DNA from: a virus
DNA length: 64,000 nt
IMG/VR virus record: IMGVR_UViG_3300010401_000004
Location: 6,831 to 70,830 of that record
Direction: 5' to 3' (one strand)
Shown: positions 17,835-29,414 of the stretch, piece after piece
Numbering within the stretch: position 1 is the stretch's first letter
Layout: each line of letters opens with the position of its first letter
Program-made: the position numbers and the translations under genes
Notes under the pieces: model-generated
Database searches by the model: none
Told to the model about the DNA's origin: nothing
What the model saw: only the letters and a program-made list of their open reading frames with translations

Positions 17835-19083
17835 CAGTTTCTCCAATCGGTTCGCCAACTATCGGGCTATCATCTTCCCATAGCCGGATAATTCTATTCG
17901 CCTCGGTGAGTTGCTGTTGTAGTGACTTTATTTCTTCGTGCGCGGCGGAGTAACGCGCTGCTAAATGGTCGATAAACCCGTTCGTCAGCGATCCGCTATT
18001 TACGATTGCGTACCTCTCTTTGATTTCTGTTAGTCCTGGCTGCGACGGCCACGGGTCGATGATTTTATCATCCGTCACGACCACAAAATGATAACGTGAC
18101 GAGATCGATGTTGGGCCTTGAGCGATTATCGGTAGCCATGAAGGAACGAAGTCAGGCGGCGACGAGCCAAACATGAGCAAGCCGTAACCCATCTCGCTCA
18201 ACCATTCATCGCAAGCACTGGGCCATGCTTCTTTGTGAGACTCGCAGAAGTCGGGCACGTCCTCATAGCGTATCCCTGTCACTATTGCGATACAGCAACG
18301 TAGGCAGTCGTGATTGTTACGCTGTTCTATTCGCTCGATTTTCGAGATGATTGGGCGTGGAGTGGCTCTATCGCGTAGCGCGGCAACCGCAGCAGTACTT
18401 GGACAAAGGTTGCGCAGAGTTTCCCATCCCTCATCACCTTCTGCAATATGCTCACACGCCCTGACTCGCTCCATCTCCTGATCGGCAGATTCCTTCAGGC
18501 GCTTCGGACAATTCTGCTCATGGCGATCTCGACACTCTGATTTGAAGCAAACATAGACCGTAGTATTAAGATCGATTCGACAATCCGCACAAGCCATGTC
18601 TGTCGCGTCACTGCAAATTGAACATACCTTCTCCTGCATTCGCGCCCGTTCAGCACGGAGAGAATCAGCCAGGGCGGGAATGTCTGCGCGGGCGTGGGCG
18701 ATGAACTCGTTGTCGCGTTCGGTTAACCCTACGAACGAATCCGCTCCATCCTCGCAAATAAGAGAGGTGGAATTGCCTCGCGTGCCAACGCAATTTGGAG
18801 AGTCCGATTCCCACACCCACGGCCCCGGCGTCGCCGCCTCACACCGCTTTCGTATCTCTTCTAGTTCCTGCTCTGTTAGTCCCATCCTTCGGCGCGCGCT
18901 CTCAATATCTTGCCACTCCAGCTCACCTACAGCACGGGAGGCGTGGGCATCCAGCATTCGGGCCACGTCACGGATATTTTCTACGGGCCATTCCTTTGCC
19001 TCGCCGTTTCCGTTGACCATCCAGTTATGAAAGAACCGCAGCGACTCGCGGCTTGGTTCTGGCAGTTCTGTTTCATCAGCCAT
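17821..19083 (-). CDS. Ead/Ea22-like mosaic protein with C-terminal papain-like domain
   Basis: AATPGPW..DNEFIAHARADIPAL; CxxC cluster; QRNNHDCLRCCIA..HFVV..IIDP. Start placed at ATG 19083. Confidence 0.65.
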   Translation of the reverse strand: MADETELPEPSRESLRFFHNWMVNGNGEAKEWPVENIRDVARMLDAHASRAVGELEWQDIESARRRMGLTEQELEEIRKRCEAATPGPWVWESDSPNCVGTRGNSTSLICEDGADSFVGLTERDNEFIAHARADIPALADSLRAERARMQEKVCSICSDATDMACADCRIDLNTTVYVCFKSECRDRHEQNCPKRLKESADQEMERVRACEHIAEGDEGWETLRNLCPSTAAVAALRDRATPRPIISKIERIEQRNNHDCLRCCIAIVTGIRYEDVPDFCESHKEAWPSACDEWLSEMGYGLLMFGSSPPDFVPSWLPIIAQGPTSISSRYHFVVVTDDKIIDPWPSQPGLTEIKERYAIVNSGSLTNGFIDHLAARYSAAHEEIKSLQQQLTEANRIIRLWEDDSPIVGEPIGETDEHQ

Positions 19084-22000
19084 TAGCTTTGATCCTTCCA
19101 GCAATCCTCGCATACCGTAAACGTCGTACCGCCCTCTGCCTTTGTTCTCAGCTTGTCGCACTTTAGGCAAGGATAGATTCTGCCTGTTTCTATTTGCTGA
19201 ATACAGGTTTGGCAGGTCACGCCAACAGCCGTTCCTACGCTGGAAATATCTTGCGACGTAAATCGATTGCCAACACCACAAGCGTATTTACCTGTCTCTA
19301 TTCGATAGTGAACCTTAGCCATCTACCTTTCCTCCTTCACGCTCAAGCGCAGCAATGATTTCGTTGGCGGCTGAATAGGACACTTCTGCGGCCCAACTGC
19401 GTGTACCTGCGCGGTCACTGGCCCCCACTCCATAATGCCGCTGTCCATCGACTTTAGCGGCTCCTGTCCCACGCTCTCATCCGCTCCTTTTAGACACTTC
19501 GGATCGTGAACAAACAAGTCGTACATCACGCCTTCTAGTTCGTGACAGCCTTCCAGCCCGGCGCATTTCGGCTCCACGCTCTCAGCCGTTGCTTGGGCCG
19601 AGGCGGTCTTGTCCGCTCCGCAATCGCATGAACGGATCGCCGGCATGAATATCGCGCACTGAGCAGAATGCTCATTATTCACGCTTGCACCTCACTTTCA
19701 ATATATTGAGCAACCTCTTCGGCTTGCCATTCAGAGAGTTGCTTGGAGCGCCCGGCTCTCAGCCATGACGTTATCTCTTTGAGACTGAGTTCCCCGCGCC
19801 GAATTCCTTGTATGAAAGGTTCCGCTTTTTGTTCTAGTTTTTCTATTTCGCTGGAGAAAACTGCGGACTCCGCCACCAGCACTCCATTAGCTCTCGCTCT
19901 ATTCAACATGTCTTGATGTTTCATCAGTAAGCCTCTGGTATTTGATAGTTATCCTTCGCGCATAGATACCGAACCGGTAGCCCGTAAGTCTTGATGAACC
20001 ATGCGCGATTCTTTTCGCTTAAAACCTTCCCATTGCGAGCGTGTACGCAGCCGTGGCAGTCACAATCACAACGCTTTGGGTCAGGGCAATTCTTATCGTG
20101 AGGCAATGTCTCGTAATGAACAGGGTGCCGACCGGGGATTGTCTTGTCGAATCTCTCATGCCTCTCAGGGCGTGGCTGGTTGTCTTGTTCACTCATGATG
20201 ATTGCTCCCTAGCTTTCAGCGTGCGTAACGCGCTTTCCCATGCCTGAGAGGACATCGGGCCGCTTCCTATTGCGGGTTTGTTAGTTCGCCGCTCTCTGCG
20301 CTTCCATGCGCGCTTACAAGTTCCGCACGGTTCGTTTATTTCCTGAGCCACGTAGATGTAAACCCATTCGCCATCATCATGAGCAAAGGCATTCGGCTCA
20401 ATAAACAACACTTCTTCCTGTGGACTCATGATTTACTCCTCACTTCATTAGCTTCAATCTCAATCCCTTCACGGGTGAACAGGTTGACCAATCTGGCGTA
20501 GATTGATCTCGGTGTTGCTTGGCGTGCACGGCTCATTTCTCGCTTCACTTCTATCAGCACCTTCCTTGCTAAGTCGGCGCGGGCGCATTCAATGTGAACG
20601 GTTGCGCATCCTGTGAAATGTGTGCGGCCATCACGGTTCAGTTGTTCACTCATTGCTCCTCCAAACTATTCTGGCACCGCTTCGGCGCGTGCCGAAATCG
20701 GGCTGTCAGAGTGAAAGTTAATATCAACACGCTCCTGTCCGGTTCCTAATGCAGACCAGTAGTGACCATCGTCCATTTGCTCAAGATGAAAAATGCACTC
20801 TCCGTTCCGGTTGATGATAATTTCATCAACGGTGCCATCTTCGTTGTAGCGAAGTTCTGTTCCTGCCGGCGTCTTAATGCGCGGCTGTCTATGCCGCCGT
20901 CGATTCTTGCTCATGCTTCACCTACAATCTCTCTCGCGCGGCTGACCCAGCAGGAGCCTCCGTGGATAATCTTTCGTTCGCTTCTACCGCGAGACTTACA
21001 TTCCACGCACTCAACAACTCCGCGACCATAAGCGTAGCCTTCTCGTATCGCCTCACGCAGCACTTCCATTACAGGTTCATACTGAGCAGCGATGAGTGCG
21101 GCAACTTGGTCAACGAACATCTGATAATCCATTGGACTCTTAACCGCGATAGACAACTCCCCGGCCCGGCGAGCGTTCGCTATTGCTCTGGCAGCGCGAG
21201 CTTCAAAGCTGTCTATCTCGACAGGCTCCCAAGCTCCCGCTGCCTTCCTCGCGATGGTGTCGGTCATAGTTTCAGTACCCCTCGAATTCCGGCAGAGCGT
21301 CATAGTCAGATTCCTTCATTAGCGACGCCGTAACGGTCAAAGTGATCGGCTCGCCGCGACCAAAGTCGGGATCGGCGTATGCTGCCAGTTCTTGCCTAAT
21401 GTTCTCAAGCAACCCTTCGATGGTGTTTTCCGTTGGGCCACCCATGTTGTTATTATTAAATTTGTACACTGGAATCATCAGTTCACTCATTGCTGGCTGT
21501 CCTCTCTGTTGGGGTCGTCTCGCCGTGCTTGCATGTACGCCACATAGGCTGAGTAGCAACGCGGACAGAGATAGAATCGACCCTTGACGCAAACGCAGTA
21601 ATCAATATGAAAACAATTATCACAGCGATCCATCACTCACCCCTTCTCTGCGGCGTAGGATGCCGCGCTTACGGTTGTTCATATTGTGTTTCGTAAATAT
21701 CTTCGTGTGTGATTCCTTCTGCGATCATTCCCAGCGCCATTCGCACATTGTTTTCTCGCGTGACAAGCGGATGGTTAATCCACGATCCGATAGGCCGGCA
21801 GGAACGCTCTGCAATCGTGACGTTTGTTCTCTCGCTGCTTTAACACGGCCATTCCAAAATGCGATATCGCCAACAAGTCCTAAATGATTCATTGACGCTT
21901 CCTCGATCTCGTTACATATCTCCGCATCTCTCGCTGCTTGATCTGCTCGGGCCTGTGCGAGTAGAGCGTTGACGCGATCTAAGACTGCGGCTTTGCACCA

Positions 22001-22141
22001 TCCGCCTAAGTCTCGCGGTTTGGCAATGTCGGGAGCCATGAAAGCCCCGTCTTGAATTAACAACAGGCGATCCGCCTCTTCACCCGCGCCATTGCGGAAT
22101 AGATCGTCAACGAATTGTTTTGCGGCTTCTTGGTCGTTCAT
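19083..22141 (-). CDS. Array of about ten small hypothetical genes
   Basis: Tightly packed minus-strand ORFs: 19083-19322, 19323-19682, 19679-19924, 19924-20196, 20193-20429, 20426-20653, 20666-20914, 20911-21303, 21272-21592, 21725-22141. Confidence 0.55.
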
Positions 22142-22151
22142 GATTATTGAT

Positions 22152-22640
22152 TTACCTCTCGCCTTGCTGCATTCGTGCGAACGCTTCAACATTTCCCATC
22201 GCGTCATTGACTGGATTGTGATCGTGATGAGTAACTCTCAGATGTTTCCAGTCCCGTGCTGGTGTAAAGAAGTTGCCCCGTAGCCCCGCGTAGAAATCTG
22301 AGATTCGCCGAGATGAATGCCCAAACGGGTTGCGATTCAAGTGACGCCAAAAGCCATCGTTAATCCACTGCCAGTCGTATCCGTTATTGTCCGAAACGAA
22401 CACGTAGGGTGCCTTGAATTGCTGTAGCCATTCCTCGAACTGCTTGAATACGATTGACGGATCAGCAACGGCTAATTCAGTCGGTAAAGGCACTGCGGGA
22501 TTCGACGGATCAGGTGAACTCTTCCAGATGACGCCATGAAAAGTCTCGCGGGTCTTGTATTCAACCGCGCCAAATTCAGTTAGCTTACCTACCGAGGGAG
22601 CGCCACCGTAGGCTTCGCAATCTACAAATATCAAACTCAT
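22152..22640 (-). CDS. DEDDh 3'-5' exonuclease (Rv2179c/DUF5051-like)
   Basis: FVDCEA, SDNNGYDW and HNPVNDA motifs. Confidence 0.8.
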   Translation of the reverse strand: MSLIFVDCEAYGGAPSVGKLTEFGAVEYKTRETFHGVIWKSSPDPSNPAVPLPTELAVADPSIVFKQFEEWLQQFKAPYVFVSDNNGYDWQWINDGFWRHLNRNPFGHSSRRISDFYAGLRGNFFTPARDWKHLRVTHHDHNPVNDAMGNVEAFARMQQGER

Positions 22641-22644
22641 TGAT

Positions 22645-23360
22645 TTATTTCCCCTCCATAGCTTTATCAGTAAGAGCTAATGCTTCGCGGAGTGCTAACA
22701 GGTTTCCTTCGCTTGGCTCCATCATCGGGCCCCGCTGTAACACCTTGCCGTCAGGTTTGAGCACGGAACAGTCATCGTGAACCGCTTGCGCTACCTCTCT
22801 GAGCGCTTCAAACGCTGCTTCTCTTTCAGGGGAGTAGGCGGCTTTGGCTCCCGCGTCGAATGCGCGATGTAATCTGTTTTCAAGGTAGACGCGAGTCAGA
22901 GTCGGCGGGCAGTTGTACGGATTGGCGGCGTCCTTGCCTACGAGAGACGCTAGCCATTTATCCCATGCTATCGCCAGCGGATGCCTCTCCGTTGCTTCCC
23001 CGAGTACGCGATCTAATGTTTCGTGGTCTTTGGTGGTGGTCATCGCACCTTCGCTTTCATATCGAGCTTCGTGCGGTCGTATAATCCTAGCCGTTCACAA
23101 ATTCGCATCATCTGATTTGGCGCATTGCGCTTCTCGTTGAATATCAAAGCACCTGCACAGTGGACTGAGTTTTCGTTAGCAATGTAATCGCCGCTGCCGT
23201 CCTCGTCGCTCTCGTCAATGTCCGCCGTCTTGTGGCAGGGAAACTTGCCACTAGCAAACTCTTTGAGGCGTTGCAAAGTGAATCCGCGTTTCATGTTTGC
23301 GGTATTTAGAAACGGGCACATATCGCACGGCGATGTCATGGTGTACTTCAATCTATTCAC
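22645..23360 (-). CDS. Two hypothetical genes (22645-23043; 23040-23360, DUF6283-like)
   Basis: Second has PCDMCPF..FPCHKT..HCAGAL. Confidence 0.55.
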
Positions 23361-23763
23361 CTTTCACTGCCTCGCGTGCAGCAAGACAGATTGCCATTGG
23401 TAGCGAAGCATGTTGCGTTCTCCCAAAGTGCTGGTCTGAATTGAGCGTCTTGGGTGAGAACTCAACGTACCACTTGTTCACGTTCCGCATTAGAACAACA
23501 AACCCCTCCCCTTGCATCTTCTCGACTACCTGCATTGCTGCTGCGATCTCGGATGAGAAGTGCGGGGCGTTCTCTTCGTTGCCGGATTCTACTTCGGTAA
23601 ATATTCCCTCTCGAATGTAGTCGCGCGCTCTCGAGTTACTCTCAATCACGGCCGGGCTTAAGAAAAAGACGCCAGCACGCCCACGCCAATGCTTCCACCC
23701 CATCACCTTCTCAGCTATTTCCGCATCCAGTTCCCGATCAGTCTCTATGGGTTTAGTGGTCAT
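23353..23763 (-). CDS. Phage ABA-sandwich domain protein
   Basis: RELDAEIAEKVMGW..PHFSSEIAAAMQVVEKM..PMAICLAA. Confidence 0.75.
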   Translation of the reverse strand: MTTKPIETDRELDAEIAEKVMGWKHWRGRAGVFFLSPAVIESNSRARDYIREGIFTEVESGNEENAPHFSSEIAAAMQVVEKMQGEGFVVLMRNVNKWYVEFSPKTLNSDQHFGRTQHASLPMAICLAAREAVKGE

Positions 23764-23945
23764 TGGGTGTCTGCCTCTTTCAGTTCATACGGGAACTCTT
23801 TTTCGTGCTCGATGGCTCGTTTGACCATTTGAGGCCGCAGCAAGTCACGCATCTGATCGCCTAGAGTTTCACGGCTCATTCCTTTTACTCCCTCTCTCCG
23901 TAACTCGTCCTGCTAAACCGGGCTATCAGGGTTAGTCATGGCTGC

Positions 23946-24140
23946 TCATTTCTTCCTCGACTTCTTGCGCGGCCCCATCTTTGTTTCGCGTTTATACCGT
24001 CGCGCCTCAGCCATGTCTACCAGCATCACGCCGTGCTCTGTTGATGTCACTAAGGCACCATTTCTTGCGGCAGTATAAAGGGCGGCTGGGGTGCGCCGAA
24101 TGCGCCTTGCGGCTATTGGAATAGTTACTCTATCGTCCAT
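23946..24140 (-). CDS. Excisionase-like HTH protein
   Basis: VTIPIAARRIRRTPAALYTAARNGAL plus basic tail. Confidence 0.6.
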   Translation of the reverse strand: MDDRVTIPIAARRIRRTPAALYTAARNGALVTSTEHGVMLVDMAEARRYKRETKMGPRKKSRKK

Positions 24141-24148
24141 GCCTAAGC

Positions 24149-24217
24149 ACTTTACATTAGCCGTTTTGTTTTGTCAAGAGAAAAGTCCTTGACTTGTAAC
24201 TTTGTGCGGGGTAGTAT
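24149..24217. promoter_or_regulatory. Divergent sigma70 promoter pair
   Basis: Minus: TTGACA(24177-24172)-17-TAAAGT. Plus: TTGACT(24189)-17-TAGTAT. Confidence 0.7.
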
Positions 24218-24248
24218 GCGGGGCGGAATAGGAGAGATTCGTAACGAC

Positions 24249-25686
24249 ATGAACTACGACGAAGATTATCCACAAGATGGCGAGTGCGGTAAAGATAAAT
24301 ACGACGAGTCCGCGCACCTGATAGGCGAAGAGGTTTTCATCAAGGGGCTCGGTTACATCGTTTGGGACGAAGCCAACGAACAGGCCGCAAGAGGGTTGGC
24401 AGAAGAGATTGAACGGATTAGTCCTGAGCGGCGTGTTGAGGCTCGTGGTGGCGCTGGTCGTATTGCGTCACTTGGCGAGCCGTTGCATCAAGCGGGAGAT
24501 GATCCAACCAAGTGTAAATGGTGCGGCACTGCGTTGAGCTAGTGAAATACGTGACTTGTACCACACATGATCAGCCCTCGCATTGCGCAGATTGCCACTT
24601 ACGACACAAGGCAATGACGGCCTCCATGAAACCGGGTGAGGCTTTAGACGCGATTATCGACGCCGCTCTGCGCTATCGCCCGAAGTCTAAAATCAAGAAA
24701 CCGCGCAAGCGCAAGACGAAGAAGAAACGGAAGCAAAATGAGAAACGGGAGTCAAAGATATAATTCCCATAAAGAAATAGGGGTCGAACCATGAAACCCG
24801 CCCTTCGCCTAAGCACCGACCCAGAACCCACTGAGGCTGAAATCTATCAAGCAAAGATAGATCAATCTGCGCGAGAGTGGCGGGGTGAAATGAATCAACC
24901 GTGGCAGTCTATAAAACTCTCACCTGAGCGCAAACCATTACTCCACCCTGATGATGTGGTGAGCTATAAGGTGATCGATGTCTATGTGCCGATGTCGAGA
25001 TGGCGCAGGGTGTTGCGATGGTGGCGGGGTGTGGAATAATTTTCTTTCCCTTGCGTCAACTTAGTTGTTGACTTTTCTGTTTACATCGCTTAGAGTGGTT
25101 TCCGATGAGTAGACAACGAGAATGGCAGTTGCGGAAAACGGCAAAAGGGCTATGCCGTGCGTGTGGTCAGAAGGCCGCGACCAGAGAAAACGGCAAGCAG
25201 TACGTCCACTGCTTAAAGCACCTTGTTGAAGCCAGAGAGCGATCACGGGCAAAGCTAAAGTGCAAGACGCGATACGAAACCGGGAGCTACGATCTTGAGC
25301 GATTAGCAAAACCACGTAGCCGGAACCAGAAAAAGAAGTGAGGGAACGAAATGAAACAACTACTATGTGGCTGCACTGACTATCGCCCCTGTGAGGAGCA
25401 CGAACTGGACGATGAAGATCGTTGCGAACTCCGCGAAGGCGAGGATCGGTGTCCTAATCGAGCAACGCAACAGGTTGAGGAGCCATATACGCCGGGGCGT
25501 TTCACCATGCGAGTGTGTGATAGCTGCGCGAAGTCTCAGATTGAATTTGGCTATCTACCTGTGATCGATCCGTTTACTCAAGCCGCCGATGAAGCCTGCA
25601 CCCAACTCGCGGATCAATTTGAGGCAATAGATCGCAAGCACGGCGTCAGCCATGATTATTCTGTATTAAGAGGAAGGGTCGCGTAA
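24249..25686 (+). CDS. Small plus-strand genes (24249-24542, 24518-24763, 24791-25039, 25105-25341, 25351-25686)
   Basis: Co-oriented ORFs; 25105 is preceded by TTGACT-17-TAGAGT and has CxxC..CxxH. Confidence 0.55.
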
Positions 25687-26334
25687 GCGATAGGGGAATT
25701 ATGAGTGAACAAGAACAAGCATTGCGCGACGGGCTAGACATCGTGCGACAGTTACTAGAAAACCAGCGACACTGTGAAAGATCGTTATGCGCTGGCTGTG
25801 AAGATGCGCGCGCAAACGTGCTGATAATGGTCAACGAACTGTTGGAACGTACAAAGACGCCATGATCGACCACCTTCTATCATCACTGCATGAACTACCG
25901 GAGAAGCGCATGAAAAAACAAGACGCACTCGACGCCGCGATATTTGTATTCTGCATCATTGTGCTGGTTATTGTGTTTAGTCTGGAGCAGCAATGAGCGC
26001 CAAATGCATCCACTGTCAAAAGGTATCTCAGGTTAAGCGCGTAAAGCACTCAGCCTGTCCGGCCTGTGGTACGTGGAATTCACTGTTTCGAGTGTTGAAG
26101 CCTAAGAGGAAGAAATAATGTACTACGACAACGGGTGGGAAGAATCATGAAAGATGAGACTTTAATCCTTGACTTCGATAGCGGGGAAATCAAGCGCAAG
26201 CTCATGAGTAAGAGGGATACGCGCCAAAGGAAAGGCTTAACGCGCCCGTGGCACAATAACTGCTACGCGCGCGAGGCCAATTTGAAATTTCATGTTAAAC
26301 ACATCTAACTCTCTCTCTATAAAGAAGTTAAGTG

Positions 26335-26426
26335 TTAGACAGTGGCACGACAACGCTTGGACAATCGCGGACAGTGTTTAACACGCCTGTCCAAAGGTGT
26401 CCAACGGGTTGTCTAACGCTTGTCTA
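26335..26426. repeat. Phased inverted iteron-like array, candidate replication origin
   Basis: GACA at 26338, 26349, 26360, 26370, then TGTC at 26388, 26398, 26410, 26421; central TGTTTAACA; AT-rich flank at 26280-26335. Confidence 0.6.
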
Positions 26427-26438
26427 GGGGTTAAGGCT

Positions 26439-27353
26439 TTAGGTGTCAGCAGTTACGTGGAAATCATCTACTACTTTCAAACCGTGACGGTGAGTTCTTT
26501 CGTATAGGCCGGGAGAAATGGCGTCTAAAACTTTATTTTTCAGGCACTCAGTGATGACTCTATCACCTGTTTTGTCACTGACTCCAAAAGCTGAGGCCCA
26601 CCCTAAAATCTCAGTTCGCATGATTGATGAACCGGCAGCAAGGGACTCAATTTTTAGCTTAATCGCATCACGAGGCTTGGCACTATCGAGCGGGACAAGG
26701 ACGCCTTGCGCGCCGAATACGTAGTGGAAGGCTTCTGCGGCGGCATTGCGAGGCGAGATGTTAACAGCAATGTTTCCTGTGCCCTCATCAAGTTGCACGG
26801 TGATGATCGTATCCGAGTATGCGCCCCATGCGACCGAGCCTAAGATTAGCTCTCTTGAGTGCTTGAAACTCTCATCAGTTTTCATTTTGGGCGAGTGAGC
26901 GATTCCGAGAATGGTAATGTGACGCGTGGAGCACAAAGTTGCGCTTCGTTTTAGCAGCCCAGCGACTGGGGCGTAGCTGTTGCCCTTATCACCCGCCAGT
27001 GTTTGAAATCCCTCAACCACGAAGAAAACAGAATCAGAATGAATCTTGAGTGAGGCGTCTATTACCGCGTTAATTGTAATTACACCTTGTAATTCCTCTT
27101 GACAGATAACCCGCGTGATCGCACTGCACAGTCCCAACCGTTCTAGCGTTCGATTCACCGATGACCGCGAGCGATCCAAACTTACATACGAATATGGAAC
27201 CGGAAAAGATTTATGCCCAAACACATCTCGCCCTTCTTGCCACGCTGCGAGGGTTTGGAAAACAAGGGTTGTCTTGCCGGAACCAGACGAGCCGCCAAGT
27301 AAATGAACCTCGTTCGCCGGGAGGATTCCGTCAACCAAGAATTCAGGGGTCAT
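26439..27353 (-). CDS. RepA-like (AAA_25) helicase/ATPase with C-terminal wHTH
   Basis: FLVDGILP..LLGGSSGSGKTT, FFVVEG, ILGIAH.PK, LGSVAW. Confidence 0.8.
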   Translation of the reverse strand: MTPEFLVDGILPANEVHLLGGSSGSGKTTLVFQTLAAWQEGRDVFGHKSFPVPYSYVSLDRSRSSVNRTLERLGLCSAITRVICQEELQGVITINAVIDASLKIHSDSVFFVVEGFQTLAGDKGNSYAPVAGLLKRSATLCSTRHITILGIAHSPKMKTDESFKHSRELILGSVAWGAYSDTIITVQLDEGTGNIAVNISPRNAAAEAFHYVFGAQGVLVPLDSAKPRDAIKLKIESLAAGSSIMRTEILGWASAFGVSDKTGDRVITECLKNKVLDAISPGLYERTHRHGLKVVDDFHVTADT

Positions 27354-27506
27354 TTTGATTCTGCGATGGCAAGTAGCGCGTGAATCTCAGCTATCTTAAG
27401 TAGATAAGATAACTCTTTTTCTTTAGACAGCGCATCGAGTGCGTCCATTTCATCGAACACGTCAACCGCGTTACATAAAGTAAAATCAGATTTTTCGTAG
27501 TGAGAC

Positions 27507-27692
27507 TTAGGCGGCTTTTCTTTTTCCATTTTTGTTTCGCTTGTACCGGTCAATACTGGATTGGCGAATCGCCAAAGATGTACCCACCTTGACCGCGTTC
27601 AGTTCCCCGGCAATAACCAACTGACGAATTCGGCCTTGAGTAAGGTTGAGCAACCTTGCGGCTTCGCTTGTGGTCAAATATCCAGCAATCAT
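27507..27692 (-). CDS. Excisionase-like HTH protein
   Basis: YLTTSEAARLLNLTQGRIRQLVIAGELNAVKVG. Confidence 0.85.
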   Translation of the reverse strand: MIAGYLTTSEAARLLNLTQGRIRQLVIAGELNAVKVGTSLAIRQSSIDRYKRNKNGKRKAA

Positions 27693-27699
27693 GGCCGAA

Positions 27700-27794
27700 A
27701 GCATACTATCAGTGGCGTTAATCCGTCAAGCCAAAAATAATTAACGCTGGCGTTAAAATTTTCCTTGACACCCTGAATCCCCTCATGCTATAAC
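27700..27794. promoter_or_regulatory. Divergent promoters with operator palindrome
   Basis: Minus: TTGACG-18-TATGCT. Plus: TTGACA(27765)-18-TATAAC. Inverted repeat TTAACGCtgGCGTTAA at 27741-27756 and half-site TGGCGTTAA at 27713-27721. Confidence 0.7.
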
Positions 27795-27809
27795 ACTTCC
27801 CACAAAGCG

Positions 27810-28414
27810 ATGACTACCAACACCACTGACGACATACTCCGCGCTGCACTAAACGCCGCCGCAGATGCCACTGACACAATAGCACCGGGACAGGGGGATG
27901 CGTTGAGGCGGTTTGCGAGTGAGAAGTGCAGCAACGCCGCACACGTTCTCCTGACCCCGCAGACCTGCACCTTCCGCCATGAAGATGACTGGCCGTCATG
28001 TCCCGTGTGCGATGGCGGGTTAGCGATCTGTCGAAACTGCGGTAAGTACGAATTGGAGTTAGACGATCCGGTCTGCCGCGCCAGTCAGGGCGTACATGAC
28101 GGCGACACATGCATGAGAGGCGGCAATGGCCCCTGTGAGGCTTGCCAGTGGGCGGAGAACGCGAGCAAGCGCCCCTTCCCTGAGCAATCCACCTACGACC
28201 TATCCGAACAGCAAGCAGGGGAGAGTGCAGCATGAGGGTGTGCGTACTCCGTCCCGACCGGCCAGCGGAAAGTAACGCTGCGCAGGGGATACCGTGTTGC
28301 GGGGAGTGTCTGAGTCGCTATGATGCTGAGCGCCGAGACAATCTCAGTTTCCGGGAGCGAGTATTTCTACACGAATTGATTAAGGCGAGTGCGGACAGAG
28401 AAGATGGCGAATAA
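27810..28414 (+). CDS. Two Cys-rich hypothetical genes (27810-28235, 28232-28414)
   Basis: Coupled ORFs after the promoter. Confidence 0.55.
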
Positions 28415-29414
28415 GTATTCACATTCCATGCTGGCAATGTATCGGGCTTGCGCTCTCAAGTTCAAGTATCGCTATGTGGACAAGCTAGTTCCCTTGCAAG
28501 CGGAGTCTCGCCACGATGCCGACTTTGGCAATGCGTGGCACGCAGGATTAGCCGCCCTGTACGCTAAGGATGGTTCAGTGAAAAAGGCACAGGAGGCTTT
28601 TGCCGCCGACTATGCTGAGAAGAGTTACCCCGCAGTGCTGCCTATTCGTTCACAGGGCAAGACTTTTTCCAACGGCCTTGCCGCCCTTAAAGGTTACGCC
28701 TACAAGTGGCGCGAGGAAGATGCACACATGACGGTATTGGAAGTTGAGCAACGGACAGATAGCGAGGCTGATAAGACCATCCTGAAACTTGATCTAATCA
28801 TGCAGGATGATCGTGACGGTCAAATCTATCCGTGGGATCACAAGACAACATCCAGCTACTTAGATAACGACTTCTGGAAACGCTATGAGCCAAATTCGCA
28901 GGTGCGATTCTACGCCGATTATGCCAAGACTCGATTTGGCGACTGCGGCGGCTTTGTAATCAATGCGGCTACCTTCAAGCATCGCAGCCGGGCCTACACG
29001 CCCCGGCAAGGGCCACAAAAGGGCATTCAGTTGCCTGCTGGCGACTGGTTTGACTTTGCCCGGCTGGTGTTGAATCCAAATGCTGATTGCATTCAACTGG
29101 AACGTGACAATTTCACTTATTGGACGGCGCGCATTGAAGCCGACAAGTCTAGCGGTCAATGGGGCTACAACACTGATTCGTGTCATCAATATGGACGTGA
29201 GTGCGAGTATTTCAAACTCTGCTCCGCTGGCTATTCGTGGCCCCGTGACGAGGAACTAATACTTGGCTACTACCGGCAAGCCTGTCCAAAGATATTGCCC
29301 GAGGGCCGTTGTCAGCTGGATTTGAACCATGAGGGCGATCATGATTCATCTATCGCTGTCGCCCCTGATTACACCGTGGAAACAGAAGGAGAAGTTGAAT
29401 ATGCCGTTAGTTGA
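28404..29414 (+). CDS. PD-(D/E)XK Cas4/RecB-like exonuclease
   Basis: YSHS..C, FGNAWH, KLDLI, DHKTT, QVRFY, C-terminal C..C..C. Confidence 0.85.
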   Translation: MANKYSHSMLAMYRACALKFKYRYVDKLVPLQAESRHDADFGNAWHAGLAALYAKDGSVKKAQEAFAADYAEKSYPAVLPIRSQGKTFSNGLAALKGYAYKWREEDAHMTVLEVEQRTDSEADKTILKLDLIMQDDRDGQIYPWDHKTTSSYLDNDFWKRYEPNSQVRFYADYAKTRFGDCGGFVINAATFKHRSRAYTPRQGPQKGIQLPAGDWFDFARLVLNPNADCIQLERDNFTYWTARIEADKSSGQWGYNTDSCHQYGRECEYFKLCSAGYSWPRDEELILGYYRQACPKILPEGRCQLDLNHEGDHDSSIAVAPDYTVETEGEVEYAVS

